From: Patescibacteria group bacterium
Lineage (GTDB): Bacteria; Patescibacteriota; Microgenomatia; UBA8517
Length of the DNA: 64,000 nucleotides
Assembly: GCA_035291665.1 (NCBI GenBank)
Contig: DATDRP010000003.1
Location: 20,549 to 84,548 of the forward strand
Reading direction: 5' to 3'
Positions 47,578 to 56,510 of the stretch are shown piece by piece (position 1 is the first letter of the stretch; each line of letters starts with the position of its first letter). Below the pieces are notes generated by a model. It saw nothing but the letters and a program-made list of their open reading frames with translations, did no database searches and had not been told where the DNA came from. The translations under genes and the position numbers were made by a program.

Positions 47578-48921
47578 ATGGCACTTAGAGTGTATTGGTA
47601 TGAGAACCCGAGAATAATTGAGATTCCGCTTCCGGCAACAGAAATTACTATTCAGGACTTGACTGATCAGATTAAAGATCTTGAAGACGAACCTGCAAAT
47701 CTTGCCTTCCCGATTTTGGTAAAAACCTTCGGTAAGCAGCCGTTGGGAGCAGGTGTTTATGTAGGTATCACAGCTGAACTGCAAAATGCCAAAGTGTCTT
47801 TTGCAGCCAGAGATGGAACCGATATCCCACCGGAGGTGCTTTGTACAATCTCCGGTGGAAATTTGGTTGCTGTCGATGAAAATGGCGTTCCTATGAACCC
47901 AATACACCCGACTGCGTATACTCAAGTTGTTCTTGCCCAGTCCTCCTCGGCAACAATTGCCACACCGCCGTCGGACTACAGTTTGCTGTATCTTGTGGAG
48001 TCACTGCGGGGAAACCACGCATCGGTTGGGAACATTTGGTACTGGGACCCGGTTAGCGGGTCTGATACCAATGACGGGACCACGCCATCAAACGCAGTGC
48101 AAACCTTCGCTAAGGTTCAATCACTTTCTGATTTGGCAAACGGGGTTAATGATATCGTTTTCGCGCTCGTTACCGACCCATCCGGTATTACAACGGTTAC
48201 AAATGAAAATATTAATATCACCTCTTCTACACCAGGCATGAAACTCCGGGGGCCGGGGTATGCCTTTCAATTCAAACCGGCAACGGCGGGTAGCGATGTG
48301 ATTACAATATCTGCCGACAATGTTGAAGTCAGCGGCTTTTATATCCAGCCAAAATCTCCGGGATCCGATAACGGTATCACGGTAACCGGTGATAGTGCTC
48401 TTATTAAAGATATCTGGGTTGATACGGCAACCGCCAATGGAATTGATATCAGCACTTCCTCAAGAACCAAAATTGAAAAGTGCGTCATCGAAAACTGCAC
48501 CGGAAACGGAGTTAATCTTGGCGCGTCAACGATCAAATCCAATATCACAACCTGTATCATCTCCGGTTGTGTCAACGGGGTTGATCTAGGAGGGTCGGGG
48601 TTAACCGACAATATCCTGGAAAATAATGTTATTTATAATAATTCCGGTTATGGGATTGATATCGGTGCCGGAGTTTTGCGGACGGGTGTTCGGATGCATC
48701 ACACGTTTTCTAATAACACTTCGGGCAGTTATTACGACGAACCGCCCACTGCAGCAAAATACACTTTTGTCGAAGAAGGTGTTGCAACCGGAGATATAAA
48801 CGCTATTGTAGATGCAGTTTGGGATGAGGTTATCTCACCTTCCGCCCATACCGGTGCCCAATCAGCGGGTAAAACTCTTCGCGATGCAAAAACAAAAGCC
48901 ACTCTGGCATCACTTAAGTAA
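47578..48921 (+). CDS. Virion-like protein with right-handed beta-helix (tailspike-like) domain
   Basis: GSDTNDGTTPSNAVQT then NGI/NGV beta-helix repeats; C-terminal IVDAVWDE..H....SAGKTL; TATAAT 7 nt before ATG 47578. Confidence 0.65.
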   Translation: MALRVYWYENPRIIEIPLPATEITIQDLTDQIKDLEDEPANLAFPILVKTFGKQPLGAGVYVGITAELQNAKVSFAARDGTDIPPEVLCTISGGNLVAVDENGVPMNPIHPTAYTQVVLAQSSSATIATPPSDYSLLYLVESLRGNHASVGNIWYWDPVSGSDTNDGTTPSNAVQTFAKVQSLSDLANGVNDIVFALVTDPSGITTVTNENINITSSTPGMKLRGPGYAFQFKPATAGSDVITISADNVEVSGFYIQPKSPGSDNGITVTGDSALIKDIWVDTATANGIDISTSSRTKIEKCVIENCTGNGVNLGASTIKSNITTCIISGCVNGVDLGGSGLTDNILENNVIYNNSGYGIDIGAGVLRTGVRMHHTFSNNTSGSYYDEPPTAAKYTFVEEGVATGDINAIVDAVWDEVISPSAHTGAQSAGKTLRDAKTKATLASLK

Positions 48922-48929
48922 TTTTGTAA

Positions 48930-49180
48930 ATTAGAGATAAGAAAAAAAATGGGATGTGGGAAGTGGGTTCTAAGTAATAGGTTGTAAGCAGTAAGTTGTA
49001 GGAGGTAGGTTGTAGGAGATAGGTTATAGGAAAAGAGAAATGAGTTGTGGGAAGAGAAACTGGGAATGAGATGTGAGTTGTGAGTAGTGGGAAATACAGA
49101 TAAGAAATTAGGAATATAGGAATTAAGAAATTTAGAATAAAGAGAATAGAGAAATAGGAAAAATAATTGCGGAAGGGAGA
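48930..49180. repeat. Purine-rich heptamer/octamer array
   Basis: ttgtagg, atgtggg, aagtggg, ttaggaat units; almost no C on + strand. Confidence 0.85.
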
Positions 49181-49235
49181 TTGATAATTGTAAAATAAAT
49201 CCTATATTAATGGTGTTGTGAAGACTAACGAAGTA

Positions 49236-49427
49236 TTACTCAGCTTTTGGATCGGTCGGCTCTTCTTTGACTGCTTTTTCGAATTCACTTTTAGCCTGTT
49301 TTATGCCTTTTGTGGTTTCACCGGCTTTCTTGCCAAGACCTCTGAAAATTGCTCCACCGAAGAATAAAAGTACTACTAAAACGATAATGATAATTTCGGT
49401 CGTTCCGATATTTTGAAGAAATCCCAT
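49236..49427 (-). CDS. tatA: TatA/E family twin-arginine translocase subunit
   Basis: NIGTTEIIIIVLVVLLFFGG followed by an amphipathic helix. Confidence 0.85.
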   Translation of the reverse strand: MGFLQNIGTTEIIIIVLVVLLFFGGAIFRGLGKKAGETTKGIKQAKSEFEKAVKEEPTDPKAE

Positions 49428-49499
49428 ATTAAAAAATATATTAATACTAAGATTCCCGAATGTCCAGTAGCAGTTTTACCCCATATTAGTAAAGGGTGA

Positions 49500-49790
49500 C
49501 AGAAAATTAGATTTAAGTTTAAGTTGTATGTTGTAGGTGATAGGAAGTGAGTAATGAGAAGTGAGATGTGAGAAATAAGAGTTAAGAGGTAGGTTGTAGG
49601 TGGTGGGATGTGGGATGTGAGTGGTGGGAAATACAAATAAGAATTTAGGAATACAGGAATTAAGAGAAAAGAAATGGGATGTTGGAAGTGGGTTTTAAGT
49701 AATAGGTTGTAAGTAGTAAGTTGTGGGAAAAAGGTTGTAGGTTATAGGTTATAGGAGCGAAGTTAGAAATATAGAAATTTAGTATTTTGT
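49500..49790. repeat. Purine-rich heptamer/octamer array
   Basis: Shares 53-bp and 50-bp blocks with 48930-49180. Confidence 0.85.
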
Positions 49791-49897
49791 TTTAAGTTTT
49801 CAATTGAAGAACATTGGCCATTTAGCATTCGTATCTCGTCTCACGTATCACGTATTACATCGCTTGGTTTGAAAAGTACCGAACTAACAAGATCTCA

Positions 49898-49927
49898 TTG
49901 ACAGTTTCGATTACATCAAATTAATAT
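49898..49927 (+). promoter_or_regulatory. Sigma70-like promoter, near-leaderless
   Basis: TTGACA-18nt-TAATAT, 7 nt before ATG 49935. Confidence 0.65.
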
Positions 49928-49934
49928 TACCTGT

Positions 49935-50606
49935 ATGCCTTCAGCTTTATACAATAGAAAATACGTACAGAATGGCTACTATTATATTTATCACAAGTCC
50001 TCGGGAGGAAAAGAATTATTCCGCGATGAAGATGACTATTTGAATTTTGTTAAAACTTTTCAATATTATTTGACATCACCCACCGGTAAACCTCTAAGTC
50101 AAACAAAAAAAGAGGATTTAACCCAAACACCTTCACATATCCAGCTCTCTTTCAGGATACTACTGTTTGTCCTTCTACCCAAAAGTATACACATATTAAT
50201 CCGACAAAATACTCCCCCTCAGACCAACAATAATATAACTAATCTGATGCGAAGACTTTCTATCACTTATTCGATGTACTATAAAAACAGATACGATACT
50301 CATGAAAGCTTATTTGATGGGAAGTATAAAAATATTAATATCCCCGACAACGAAAAACTTCTTTATTTGTCCAAACATATTCACAGAATGCCCCTTGACC
50401 TTTATCCGCAGGAAACACTTGAGAAATACATTTACTCCAGTTATCCCTTTTATATTGGTGTGGCCGGCAAACCCGATTGGTTAGATACAAAAATAATATC
50501 CGATATACTCTTACGGTCAAGTCCGGGTTTGGGATACAAAAATTTTGTTGAAAATTCACACCTTGGCAAAGACTTGGATAAGAAATATATCGTGAATGGG
50601 GGTTAA
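49935..50606 (+). CDS. Degenerate REP-associated tyrosine transposase (Y1 HUH / RAYT-like), likely catalytically dead
   Basis: LFRDEDDY..F, LLPKSIHIL (HUH position), YSMYY..RY, LFDGKYK, LSKHIH (Tyr position), YSSY. Confidence 0.75.
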   Translation: MPSALYNRKYVQNGYYYIYHKSSGGKELFRDEDDYLNFVKTFQYYLTSPTGKPLSQTKKEDLTQTPSHIQLSFRILLFVLLPKSIHILIRQNTPPQTNNNITNLMRRLSITYSMYYKNRYDTHESLFDGKYKNINIPDNEKLLYLSKHIHRMPLDLYPQETLEKYIYSSYPFYIGVAGKPDWLDTKIISDILLRSSPGLGYKNFVENSHLGKDLDKKYIVNGG

Positions 50607-50692
50607 CAACCAATAATTAAATCTATATATCTGTTTTTTGGGACTCTTGATCAAACTATAAGAAGAAAGTATGATTAGGAAACAATAAATTT

Positions 50693-50938
50693 ATGTTTTC
50701 CAACATCGGCGTCACTGAAGTTATTATCATCATCTTGGTTCTGACTGTGATTCTCGGCAGTAAGAAAATGGGAGAACTTGCCAGCAATGCCGGACGGGCT
50801 GGCGCTGAGCTAAAAAAAGTCAAAAAGGAATATGAAGCTGCTATGAAAGAATTGGACAAGGAAATCAACGTTGATGATGAAAAAAAAGAAAAATCAGAAA
50901 AGAAAGATTCTTCAGAAAAAAAAGGAGGTGAGCTTTAA
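50693..50938 (+). CDS. tatA: TatA/TatB family subunit
   Basis: MFSNIGVTEVIIIILVLTVILGSKKMGELA plus a longer charged tail (possibly TatB-like). Confidence 0.85.
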   Translation: MFSNIGVTEVIIIILVLTVILGSKKMGELASNAGRAGAELKKVKKEYEAAMKELDKEINVDDEKKEKSEKKDSSEKKGGEL

Positions 50939-51078
50939 TGGCTAATTTTGGAGTACCGGAACTTCTCATTATTTCATTAATACTTGTGTTCATGTTCGGA
51001 AGCAGAAAAATTCCGGAATTCATTAAAGGTATGGGTCAGGGAATCAAAGAATACCGAAAAGCTGTAAGCCGTAAGTAA
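50938..51078 (+). CDS. tatA: TatA/E family subunit (46 aa, not in ORF track)
   Basis: MANFGVPELLIISLILVFMFGSRKIPEFIKGMGQGIKEYRKAVSRK; SD GGAGGTG; TAATG overlap with upstream stop. Confidence 0.9.
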   Translation: MANFGVPELLIISLILVFMFGSRKIPEFIKGMGQGIKEYRKAVSRK

Positions 51079-51100
51079 ACCTTGGATTTCAACGTAAATT

Positions 51101-51835
51101 ATGCCCAAAACGCAGGAGCTTCAACTTGAAGAGTCCATAAATAAATATTATCCGTTTCTGATGGAAATCAGGAAAAGACTTTTATTCCTGGCAACAATCT
51201 TTGTGGTTTCCGCAGTCGGGGGATTTTTTTATTACGAACGGATTGTCAGAATAATTGTTGATTTTTTGTCGCTTGACGGCATCAACATTGTTTTCACCTC
51301 GCCTTTCCAGTACTTAAATCTTGCCGTTGATGTTGCCTTCCTGGTCGCAGTAATTGTTATCTTTCCGGTAATCATCTATCAGATAATAACTTTCCTACGT
51401 CCCGCTCTCAAAAAAAGTGAGTACAATTTAATGATCTCCTTAATCCCCATTGGTTTTTTCCTATTTATATTCGGCTTCATCTACGGAGTTGTCATGATGC
51501 GCTATGTTATGCAACTATTTTTCGAAAAATCAGTCGAGCTTAATATCGGCAACATGCTGGATATAAGCTCGCTACTTTCCAAAATAGTATCAACTTCAAC
51601 TTTTATGGGTTTAGCTTTTGAATTTCCAATCGTTGTCACGGCTTTGGTAAAACTTAAAGTTATAAAACTTAAAGTCGTTTCCCAACAAAGAGTTTACGCC
51701 TGGTTTGCATCCCTGATCTTCGCGGCAATGCTGCCGCCTACGGATCTGCTTTCTTTGGCACTTCTGACTATGCCTCTTGTAATCCTATTCGAATTTACGC
51801 TATTATTTAACAGATTATTTTCTTTGAGAAAATAA
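51101..51835 (+). CDS. tatC: Twin-arginine translocase subunit TatC
   Basis: EIRKRL, FTSPF, YQI..FLRPAL...E, GLAFEFP, AAMLPPTD...P...LFE. Confidence 0.93.
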   Translation: MPKTQELQLEESINKYYPFLMEIRKRLLFLATIFVVSAVGGFFYYERIVRIIVDFLSLDGINIVFTSPFQYLNLAVDVAFLVAVIVIFPVIIYQIITFLRPALKKSEYNLMISLIPIGFFLFIFGFIYGVVMMRYVMQLFFEKSVELNIGNMLDISSLLSKIVSTSTFMGLAFEFPIVVTALVKLKVIKLKVVSQQRVYAWFASLIFAAMLPPTDLLSLALLTMPLVILFEFTLLFNRLFSLRK

Positions 51836-51912
51836 TCATATTATAAGTCCGGTTAGATTTGGGCACTTGCCAAGCCCGATCGCACCTAACCATAGAGAGG
51901 GAGTGATAGTAA

Positions 51913-52059
51913 ATGTTAAGAGGTATTGGAACTACAGAACTATTAATCATTGCTGTTGTACTTTTGGTGTTGTTCGGAGGTAAGAAGTTGCCTGAACTTG
52001 GAAAAGGAATCGGAGACGCTATCCGAGAGTTCAGAAATTCAATGAAGAATAAGGAATAA
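51913..52059 (+). CDS. tatA: TatA/E family subunit (48 aa, not in ORF track)
   Basis: MLRGIGTTELLIIAVVLLVLFGGKKLPELGKGIGDAIREFRNSMKNKE; SD gagggagtga. Confidence 0.93.
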   Translation: MLRGIGTTELLIIAVVLLVLFGGKKLPELGKGIGDAIREFRNSMKNKE

Positions 52060-52110
52060 TTTTTTACTTTAAAAAAATAAAAAGTTTCGGACTGCTTCAT
52101 CTTTGTTTGT

Positions 52111-52509
52111 ATGGGATTGATATCGCCGTTATTTTCGCTTATTGCACCGTTTATTATTTGGCCGGTTGAGTATCTGTTGCCTTTTCCTTATTTAGTCGAA
52201 GAAGTCTACAAGTCAATACTCGTACTTCTCGTGGTTAATGACAATCTTTCAAAGAAGGATCAAGCACTTCTTGTTGTTGTTAACGGAGTATTATTTTCAA
52301 TTTCGGAAACATTCTTCTATTTTATTAATATCTATAAAGTCGGTTCTCTGACAACAGTTTTGGAGCGACTTATTTCTACCACCCCGTTACACATTGTTAC
52401 GATTTTAATTATTTTCTATTTTGCAAAGAAAAATAAGAAATTGTTGCCAATTGGTTTTTTTGTTTCGGTAATCCTTCATTATTTATTTAATTTGATGATT
52501 GGAAAATAA
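52111..52509 (+). CDS. PrsW-like intramembrane metalloprotease (short form)
   Basis: VEEVYK, FSISE, LH and ILHYLFN motifs in TM helices. Confidence 0.7.
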   Translation: MGLISPLFSLIAPFIIWPVEYLLPFPYLVEEVYKSILVLLVVNDNLSKKDQALLVVVNGVLFSISETFFYFINIYKVGSLTTVLERLISTTPLHIVTILIIFYFAKKNKKLLPIGFFVSVILHYLFNLMIGK

Positions 52510-52574
52510 ACGGGTAAGATAGTTGCGCATATAATTAATATTGTCCTGTATAATCGCTACAAAATATAATCTCT

Positions 52575-52665
52575 GATGTGAGAGTTGAGAGATGAGATGT
52601 GGGAAGTGAGAAGTGAGTTGTAAGCAGTAGGTTGTAGGTAATAGGTTGTGGGAGGTAGGAAATTG
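52575..52665. repeat. Purine-rich heptamer array
   Basis: atgtgag/atgtggg/aagtgag/ttgtagg units. Confidence 0.8.
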
Positions 52666-52672
52666 GTATATT

Positions 52673-52704
52673 CCTAATATCTTAATATCGAAGCACATAA
52701 TATC
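52673..52704 (+). repeat. 32-bp dispersed TAATATC element, copy 3
   Basis: cctaatatcttaatatcgaagcacataatatc. Confidence 0.85.
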
Positions 52705-52730
52705 TCTCCTATTCGTGATCAGTTCGTGAT

Positions 52731-53297
52731 TCAAAGAATCCATTGAAGAAAAACTGTCGCAAACTCATCCTCAGAAAAATCAATCAGTGTTTTTGCTCCC
52801 ATTTGTTTGTAAAAATTCAAAGACAGGTTGGTCGTATCGCTGACGTAAGAATATATTGCTTTCATGCTATTTTCTCTTGAAAATTTGATGGCCTTCTTGA
52901 AAAGTCTCGATCCGTACCCCTTATCCCGATATTCCGGCCGGATATACATATACATCAACTCATAAGAAGGTTTAATCATGTGGTAATCCTCTGAAACCCA
53001 TTTTTCTTCTTTAAAAGTTTTTTCCCAAAAATTCATTTTCGCATCCGAAAAACCAAAAACACAAAAACCAACGTAGTTGTCGCCGTTTTCATCTTCTTGA
53101 AATATTACATGTACTTTGGAGTTTGAATCTTTGTCGCGAAGGTCAAATTCTTTGGAAATTCTTTTTACAAATTTTTTATAAAAAGTATCACCGCCTACAA
53201 TCTCTGAAATTTGCATTATTTCGTCACGGACCATACCCAAGTATATTTCAAATGGGATTTTGTAGTAAAGATTACTTTGTAGGTCAAAATAGAGCAT
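52731..53297 (-). CDS. GNAT family N-acetyltransferase
   Basis: MYIRPEYRDKGYGSRL and SLNFYKQMG motifs. Confidence 0.9.
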   Translation of the reverse strand: MLYFDLQSNLYYKIPFEIYLGMVRDEIMQISEIVGGDTFYKKFVKRISKEFDLRDKDSNSKVHVIFQEDENGDNYVGFCVFGFSDAKMNFWEKTFKEEKWVSEDYHMIKPSYELMYMYIRPEYRDKGYGSRLFKKAIKFSRENSMKAIYSYVSDTTNLSLNFYKQMGAKTLIDFSEDEFATVFLQWIL

Positions 53298-53329
53298 ACG
53301 GCAAAAGCACTATGGCCAGGCGCTAGGTA

Positions 53330-53635
53330 TAAGGTAGTGAGAAGTGAGAAATGAGATGTGGAAATTGAGATGTGGGAAGTAAGTGGTGGGAAGTGGAAAA
53401 TAGGTTGTAGGAGGTAGGATATCAGGAATATAGGAATTAAAGGAATAAGTAGTTTCGTTCTTCTTTTTTCGTCTCTCGTATCCCGTATAACTTGTCACTT
53501 GTTACGTATTACTTTTCCCCTACCGCTTGATATCTTTCCTATTCGAGTTCAATTCGTAGCTATAATTCGTGATAATTAGTGATGTAAATTTGTGAGCTAA
53601 ATTCGTGAGTTCAATTCGTCTTAACTCGTAGCTAA
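53330..53635. repeat. Mixed arrays: purine heptamers, cgtatc heptamers, aattcgtg units
   Basis: 53330-53450 gaagtgag/atgtggg; 53468-53510 cgtatc; 53540-53635 aattcgt/aattagt. Confidence 0.75.
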
Positions 53636-56478
53636 TTAGTAGACATACTCGTGTAGCTCTTTGAGACCCATCCCAATAGGTCTTTATCATATTCTATTTG
53701 GTACCAGTCATCTTTCTCGGAGATTACGCTATACGAATCACCGGGATTTACTTTCGCCACCTCAACACCATCCGGTTGACTTCTGACTCGAAGCCAGCCT
53801 GTCGGCGTTTCAGTTATCTTAATTTCAATAGGTTCTGCGTCAGCTACTTTTTCTTCTGATTCTTCTGAAGCGTTGGATGTGACAATATACTTATTTTCTA
53901 TCCAACCGGATTTTTCAGAACCGTCCGCTAATGCTATTTCAACCCAATCTCCGTCCTCGCTGACTTTCACAACCTGTTCATCGTTTTTTACATCAAATAA
54001 TATCTCGCCATCTGTATCCGGAAGGTTCCGCACCTGAATATCAGCCTCGGAATCAGACTTCAATCTTACAAATTCAACTCCCCCGACCGATTCTTCCTGG
54101 TTGGCTGTCTGTGCAACTTCTTCCTTGGTTTTGGTAACTTCCTGATCGCTCACTGCCGGCGTGTTGGACGCTGCCGGTACGTAACGAAGAATCAATGCCG
54201 TTGTGAATGATGAAGTAACCGCAACTATCATCAAAGGCAGTGCCGTTCGCAATAAACCCTTAAATCCACCCCTTTTCTTTTCAGGCTGGGTTGCTTTTTT
54301 CTTATTTTCAGGCTCTACCTCCTGAACATGATCCTGAGAAAGCTTTTTCTTTTTTCTGCCGGAAATCATTCTCATGTAAAGCGCCAGGAAGACAAAACCT
54401 GTCGCCATGATGATGATGAGTCCCCAAACTGCAATAGCCTGAGCACCTCCGACAAATCCAAATAGCGTACCGGTCGAACCAGCTTGCGTCACCAGCTCTT
54501 TTAGTTTATCCATCTTCTCAGTTACAGCTTGAAGCTCAATCACAGCTTCACGATAATTTCTGATCTTCTGTTCAGGTGTTTGAGCTGTAGCCTGAAGGTT
54601 ATTGATTTTATCCAAGGATACATTAATGTCGCTTGTCAGAGTTACACCCTGGGCAAAAAAAGCCGTTCCTTCCAGTGGTTTGGAAAGCTCTTCCGCTTGT
54701 TTACGAAGACTGTCGATTTCATTGTCAGATATCACCCAAATGTCTTCCACTCTGACGGCAAAGACTTTGGTTTCGGCTGGTTCAAGTTCGAACTCACCTT
54801 CAATATAGTATTGATCTTTCTCTGTATCGTACTGGACTTTTAATCCTTCATCCACCTCTATGATATCTTCTTCTCTGACTTCAGGAGGAAGATAATATTT
54901 TATTGGTACGCTTTGAGAAACAAGAGTTGAGGGATTCGTGATCATTGATTTAAAAACCATGCTCCCTTCTTCAAGCCAAAAGTTGGAAAATGACGTTCTT
55001 CCACCCTTGGCCAAAAGCATTTTGTTTGATGAGATGAGTGCTTTAAGAGTAAGTAGCGAATTTTTAATCTTGGCAACAGCAGTACTTCCGAAAGACTTCG
55101 ACTCTGTTACAGCGCTGGCTTTTGGAATTCTATTTATAGCAAGTATGCTTTTTTTGAGATCCTCTACATTCTCGGGTTTAACCTGGTTTTTAGAATCGCC
55201 TATCGATGATAAATATTGGTCCACCTGGTTATTTTTTGTATCTAATACCAAAACTGTTTCTTCGACGTCTTTGATTTTTCCGAAAACTGTCGGCTTACTT
55301 GAGCTGTCGCTTGAATCTCCGATCATTTTTTCCAATATCGAAAGATAGTTTGTGAGACCGGCAAGCTCGCGTTTTGTATTTGGTGTTTTTCCGCTTGTTG
55401 ATAATGAATTCTTCGCATAAGCCACAACTTTTTTAATCGCTTTCACCTGGTCATTTACATCGGGTAGAACATCCCAGTTCCAGGAATCGGAAAGCCAATT
55501 CACCTGACCAAAAAACGAATTGACCGATCCGGAATCGCTTTCATCCCCAATCACCGAATCCAGCTCGGTTAAATTGTTCATAAGCTCCTCCTCGCTTAAC
55601 GTATTCCATTTTGAGCTTATGTTGGACGATTTACTCTGAATATATTGATTGTTAATATAAACCTGAGTCGCAATACTCTTTGATTGCGTCAGTTTTTCAG
55701 TTAGATCCTGGTTATCCTCTTCGATAAAACTTTCAATAATTGGTTTATTGACCAGCTTTTCCAAGAGGAGTCTGTTTTCTTTAATCGTTTTTTTAACATC
55801 ATTTAAATCTGCTGACACATTGGTGATATTCGTTGCGTTATCGATATCGGTCTTTGTTGCAAGATTTCCGCTTGTCAGGGTTGTACCGGTAAGTGTTCTT
55901 GTGGATGAATCCCAGATGTTGGTAACCAGAGATCCGAAACCCGTCAGAGTCCTGCCTGAATAATTCCAAATGTCATACGCTAGGTTTCCAAAACCCGAAA
56001 GTGTTTTGTTGGAATAATTCCAAACTGCTGAAGCGATTGAACTGGTTGTCAGACTGCTTGCTGTATCGCTGACTTCAAAGCTCTTATCTATACATAAATT
56101 CTCTGTTCCATTGGTACAACAAACCCGTGATCTATAAAATCCCGTTGCAGTTGGTGCTGTAAAATCTTTATGGTACCAACCATCAGTCTCCATAGTCATC
56201 AAAGCTCCGTTATGAATAAGGTTGTTGCTTTGATCGCGTGTGGTGATTGTGCAGGTGTAACCGGCAACAATTGGTGTATAGGAGTCATCAAACAGAAATT
56301 CACCGACAGTGCAATCAGTATCAGGAGTACAAACATTTGAGCTGCCCGACGCAGCCTTAACAAGATCAGCTCTCATCAAGGCTGCGCTAAATAACAAAGC
56401 TAAAATAGCTTTAAAGCCAAAACCTTTAGCGGTTCTTGTATAGCTTTGAGATTTAATTGTTAATTTTTGGGCAGTCAT
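53632..56478 (-). CDS. Large exported membrane protein: signal peptide, Cys-containing Ig-like domain, Trp-containing TLT repeats, coiled coils, 2 TMs, two SH3b domains
   Basis: AVWNYSNKTLS/DIWNYSGRTLT/NIWDSSTRTLT repeats; GWLRVRSQP...DWYQI...GWVS. Confidence 0.75.
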   Translation of the reverse strand: MTAQKLTIKSQSYTRTAKGFGFKAILALLFSAALMRADLVKAASGSSNVCTPDTDCTVGEFLFDDSYTPIVAGYTCTITTRDQSNNLIHNGALMTMETDGWYHKDFTAPTATGFYRSRVCCTNGTENLCIDKSFEVSDTASSLTTSSIASAVWNYSNKTLSGFGNLAYDIWNYSGRTLTGFGSLVTNIWDSSTRTLTGTTLTSGNLATKTDIDNATNITNVSADLNDVKKTIKENRLLLEKLVNKPIIESFIEEDNQDLTEKLTQSKSIATQVYINNQYIQSKSSNISSKWNTLSEEELMNNLTELDSVIGDESDSGSVNSFFGQVNWLSDSWNWDVLPDVNDQVKAIKKVVAYAKNSLSTSGKTPNTKRELAGLTNYLSILEKMIGDSSDSSSKPTVFGKIKDVEETVLVLDTKNNQVDQYLSSIGDSKNQVKPENVEDLKKSILAINRIPKASAVTESKSFGSTAVAKIKNSLLTLKALISSNKMLLAKGGRTSFSNFWLEEGSMVFKSMITNPSTLVSQSVPIKYYLPPEVREEDIIEVDEGLKVQYDTEKDQYYIEGEFELEPAETKVFAVRVEDIWVISDNEIDSLRKQAEELSKPLEGTAFFAQGVTLTSDINVSLDKINNLQATAQTPEQKIRNYREAVIELQAVTEKMDKLKELVTQAGSTGTLFGFVGGAQAIAVWGLIIIMATGFVFLALYMRMISGRKKKKLSQDHVQEVEPENKKKATQPEKKRGGFKGLLRTALPLMIVAVTSSFTTALILRYVPAASNTPAVSDQEVTKTKEEVAQTANQEESVGGVEFVRLKSDSEADIQVRNLPDTDGEILFDVKNDEQVVKVSEDGDWVEIALADGSEKSGWIENKYIVTSNASEESEEKVADAEPIEIKITETPTGWLRVRSQPDGVEVAKVNPGDSYSVISEKDDWYQIEYDKDLLGWVSKSYTSMSTN

Positions 56479-56510
56479 TTAATTTTTATTATGTTTTGCT
56501 TTTTATCCGG

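Noticed and set aside
37679-48921. Intact prophage or contractile injection system
   Set aside because: No recognisable capsid, portal, terminase, sheath, tube, tape measure, integrase or lysis genes, and no att repeats seen
49376-53498. ORFs 49376-49636, 52483-52743 and 53310-53498 with SHIS/PTTY peptides
   Set aside because: Translations of the C-rich strand of the heptamer arrays; they overlap real genes or lack start signals
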